From Blastocladiella emersonii ATCC 22665 (taxonomy: Eukaryota; Fungi; Blastocladiomycota), in NCBI GenBank assembly GCA_025594325.1, contig JANHCV010000016.1, positions 310,001-374,000 of the forward strand: a stretch of 64,000 nucleotides of DNA, written 5' to 3'. Positions within the stretch are counted from its first letter, which is position 1, and each line of letters starts with the position of its first letter. The notes below the pieces were generated by a model that was not told where the DNA came from, made no database searches, and saw nothing but the letters and a program-made list of their open reading frames with translations. The translations under genes were made by a program, and so were the position numbers. Below are positions 60,785-64,000 of the stretch, piece by piece.

Positions 60785-62146
60785 CGCGTGCTTGCGCGCC
60801 TCGCTGAACAGGTCGCGCACGCGCGACGCGCCCACGCCGACAAACATCTCGACGAACTCGGACCCGGACACGGAGAAGAAGGGCACGCCCGCCTCGCCCG
60901 CCGTCGCCTTGGCGAGCTATACAGGCGAACGAATGATAGTCAGCGTTACTGCTCCGGGATCTCCCGCTCTCGGCTGACGACGCCGGCAAAGAAAGAAAAA
61001 ACGCACCAGGGTCTTGCCGGTCCCGGGAGGCCCCGAGAGGATGGCGCCGCGCGGGATCTTGGCGCCGAGCTTCTCGTAGATGGTCGGGTCCTTAAGGAAC
61101 TTGACAAACTCCATGATCTCCTCCTTGGCCTCGTCGACGCCGGCCACGTCCTTGAACTTGACGGTCACCTGGTTCTCCTGGTTGAACATCTTGGCGCGCG
61201 ACTTGCCCATGCCGAGGATGCCGCCGGGCCCGCCGGACCCGCCGCTCATGGTGCGGCGGCTCATCCAGATGAGCCCACCGAGGAGCAGCAGCGTGGGGGC
61301 GAAGCTGAGCAGGGCACCGACAATGTTGGGGCGGTTGATGTGGGTGACGCGCAGGCGCTCGCGCGACGGGATGCCGAGCTCGCGCTGGGCCTCGTCGAGC
61401 CGCGACTCGAACGCGTCCGGGTTGCTGATGGTGAAGGAGAACTGGTGGCCCGACCGGCGCAGCGACGGGTTCTCAGCGAAATGCGGGGCGTCGGGGCGCA
61501 GGTAGACGAGGACCGTCGACTTGTTCACGATCTCGACGCGGTCGACGGCGCCGCGGTCCAGCATCGACGCGCGGAACTCCTGGAAGGTGGTCTGCTGCGC
61601 GCCCTTGTCGGACCCGTTGCTGGTGAAGAAGGCCAGCAGCGCCAGCGACACGAGCAGCGACAGCGCCGCGTTCACGTTGATCGCCACGCTGTTCTCGGGG
61701 ATCGGCGGCTGCGGCGGCTTCTTGGGCCCCGACGGCTCGCCGTCAGCGTCCTCGTCCGACTGCTTGTCGTCCTTCTTCTTCTTCTTGCCCTTGTCGGCCT
61801 TGCCGTCCTCGTCGTCCTTCTTGGGCTGCTTCTTGCCGCCGTCCTCCTCGCTCTCGGACGCGGACGACGACGACGACTTCTTGCTGGCGGACTTGGCGTC
61901 CTTGCCAAAGAAGTTGCCGAACCCGCGCGGTGGTGGCTCGGACTTGGTGGCGCGCAGCGCCGAGTGCGAGAAGGCGCGCATGGACGCGGCGGCAGCGAGC
62001 GGCGTCCGGGCAGCGGGACGGGCGAGCGCCAGGCGCGCAGCAGCAGTCGCGGGCGCGATGGGCGCATGGCGCGAGCACGACATGGTCGACGCGAGGCGCG
62101 CTCGGGGCGCGCCGCCGGCGCGGGCGGCGAGCAGGCGGGACAGCAT
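59675..62146 (-). CDS. AFG3: Mitochondrial m-AAA protease subunit (Afg3/Yta12/AFG3L2), 793 aa; intron 60917..61006
   Basis: Presequence and two TM segments, [18 protein letters not shown], Walker [14 protein letters not shown], Walker [21 protein letters not shown] and the zinc-binding HEAGH. Confidence 0.96.
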
Positions 62147-62443
62147 GTTGGCGATGGCGATCAGTTGATGCGTTGCGATGCGTAGAGTGTACGGGGGCGG
62201 GCGATACGGGAGCGTATGCGCCGCGGGTGGGGGGAGAGCGGCGAGGCGACGTGGAGCACCGTGTTGACGCAAAGGATGACTGATGTTCGCGACGGCCGAT
62301 CGCCCGACAGACGTGGCAGGCGCCCCCGCGGCTGTTCGACTCGGACCAGGGGGACTTAGCCCCCCTGCTCGGACTGCTCCGCCGGCGCGAGCAGCGACTC
62401 TCCCCTGCCCGCGCGGGCGAACCATCACCCGCGCGAGCGCTCC

Positions 62444-63250
62444 ATGCAACACATGACCATGAGCAACTGCGCCGAGGATGTATCCCGCGAAACTGCGGCC
62501 GCGGGCCACGCGGCAGCGCTCGCCGACCCGCCGGCGGACCCCATCGCCGAGGACTTCTCCGACTACGCCGCGACCCAGCTCGACGCGGTCCTGGGCGTGC
62601 TCCAGATGCACCTGGAGTCTGCAGACCCCTTCGAGCTCCAGACCCGTCCCTTCCGCATCACGCCCGACCTCGTCACGGGGATCATCGCCTTGCTCGAGCG
62701 CTGTGGTATGACCCACGAGGAGCAGGACGCAGTCCTCGGCCGCATCGAGTCGGCATTCCATTTTTGGTACCAGAGGCAACCGATGGACCTGTACTATCTC
62801 GCCCGCCCGGAAGGCGCCAACGGTTTCCTCAAGGACCGGGCGCGCGCGTTCGCCAGGGACCTCAACCGCGCCGTGTGCCAGTCGCTGCCGCGCGAGTTCC
62901 GCCGGCTCGTCACGGGCGTCGCCAAGATCGACTCTCTCCTCCATCCCAATGCCCCGCCCGAAAAGATCGCCTGGGCGTGGACGCGCGAGGAGGTCCTGTC
63001 CCGTATTGGCGGCGATCAGTTTGAAGACGGCGGCGAGCAGCTCGTGTACGGGGTTGCTGCTGCGTCAAAGGTGCGCAGCGAGTCGGCCGCGCACGCCGAC
63101 AGCGACGACGAGCTCGAGGTGGACGTCAAGATGGGTGCTGCGGCACTTGCGACCCGCGCACTGCTCCGCTTGGTCGCTGAGCAGATGGTGTTCGTCGGCA
63201 GGCTCCCTGTTGACTACGAGCTGCCAGCGCCACTTCCCCAATTTCCGTGA
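62444..63250 (+). CDS. Hypothetical orphan protein, about 268 aa
   Basis: Uninterrupted ORF with host-like codon usage, globular composition and no recognisable motif. Confidence 0.6.
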   Translation: MQHMTMSNCAEDVSRETAAAGHAAALADPPADPIAEDFSDYAATQLDAVLGVLQMHLESADPFELQTRPFRITPDLVTGIIALLERCGMTHEEQDAVLGRIESAFHFWYQRQPMDLYYLARPEGANGFLKDRARAFARDLNRAVCQSLPREFRRLVTGVAKIDSLLHPNAPPEKIAWAWTREEVLSRIGGDQFEDGGEQLVYGVAAASKVRSESAAHADSDDELEVDVKMGAAALATRALLRLVAEQMVFVGRLPVDYELPAPLPQFP

Positions 63251-63429
63251 GAGCTCCATAAAGTGTGGGTTGGCCATCGAAAACACCCGGATTCAACGCG
63301 GTTGAGACGCGCACAACACCTTGTCACTGACGCGCTCGGCCCTCAGCTTGTTCCTTAAAGCTTGCACCATCAAAGAGTCAAGTACGGAATGCTAATTTAT
63401 ATATATAAGCGAGCTCTCCCAAACGACGT

Positions 63430-64000
63430 CTACGCAGTCGAGGTCTCCTCGGACTTGCTCTCGACCTCCTCCGCCGCCGCGGTCTCGGCAGCAGCAGAAG
63501 CAGCGGCAGCAGCCGCAGCGGCCTTGGCCTCCTGCTTGGCCGCCTTCGCCGCCGCGGCCTTGGCCATCTGGCGGACGCGCTGCTCCTCGATCTCGGCACG
63601 CTCCGCGTCCGTGAGCATGGGCCGCGACAGGACGCACACGACCTCCATGTGCTTGGTGTGCGGGAACATGTCGACGGTGCAGGCGCGGTCGAGGACAAAC
63701 GGCTCGCCGGGGAACGAGTTGGACGAGGGGCGGATCAGGTCGACAATGTTCTGCTTGCCCTGGTTGATGTCGCACGACACGAACACGACGCGCGAGATGG
63801 CGCGGCACGCCTTGATGGCCTTGATCACCGACTTGTGCACGCCGGTCCGCGGCGGGTCGAGCACCGCAATGATCTCGCCGTACTCGTGCGACTTGTGCAG
63901 CATCTGGTCCATGAGCTTCTCGGCGGGGCCCGCACGGTACTCGGCGTTGGTCACGCCGTTGCGCGCCGCGTTGGCCCGCGCGTTCTCGATCGCGTCCTCG
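63430..64000 (-). CDS. TRM2: tRNA (uracil-5)-methyltransferase Trm2/TRMT2A, C-terminal part (N-terminus beyond the window)
   Basis: EDAIENARANAARNGV, AVLDPPRTG, catalytic VFVSC and VDMFPHTKHME. Confidence 0.92.
   Translation of the reverse strand, partial: EDAIENARANAARNGVTNAEYRAGPAEKLMDQMLHKSHEYGEIIAVLDPPRTGVHKSVIKAIKACRAISRVVFVSCDINQGKQNIVDLIRPSSNSFPGEPFVLDRACTVDMFPHTKHMEVVCVLSRPMLTDAERAEIEEQRVRQMAKAAAAKAAKQEAKAAAAAAAASAAAETAAAEEVESKSEETSTA

Overview
Eukaryotic, very GC-rich, gene-dense DNA with short spliceosomal introns (mostly 55-90 nt; GTACG/GTGCG donors, CTGAC/CTAAC branch sites, YAG acceptors). Gene content is fungal but includes genes generally absent from Dikarya yeasts (SAM-kinesin-13, PRL phosphatase), which suggests a zoosporic fungus such as a blastocladiomycete (inference). 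The standard genetic code is used. Recognisable genes, in order: RPN11 (partial), YHM2, a large membrane protein with SxIP motifs, RPL5, KCS1-type IP6 kinase, a beta-TrCP/FWD-1-like F-box-WD40 protein, ICT1/PTH4, Pumilio/PUF3, SAM-kinesin-13, a Gon7-like protein, a Cache-like sensor membrane protein, RSL1D1/UTP30, BLTP2/FMP27 (about 3,024 aa, 6 exons), a GPI-anchored Cys-rich protein, SHMT, PRL phosphatase, two type I membrane proteins, AFG3, an orphan ORF and TRM2 (partial). Main highlights: (1) a decayed Fanzor/TnpB-like RuvC-zinc-finger ORF at about 49.6-50.5 kb, followed by an inverted-repeat-bounded segment where an omegaRNA would be expected; (2) a double-guide box C/D snoRNA (snR60/U80 type) in RPL5 intron 2; (3) AT-richer accessory islands with disrupted orphan genes at 25.2-29.3 kb and 46.9-48.2 kb; (4) several gene models the ORF track misses because apparent stop codons are really splice acceptors. 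All calls were made by eye; no searches were run.
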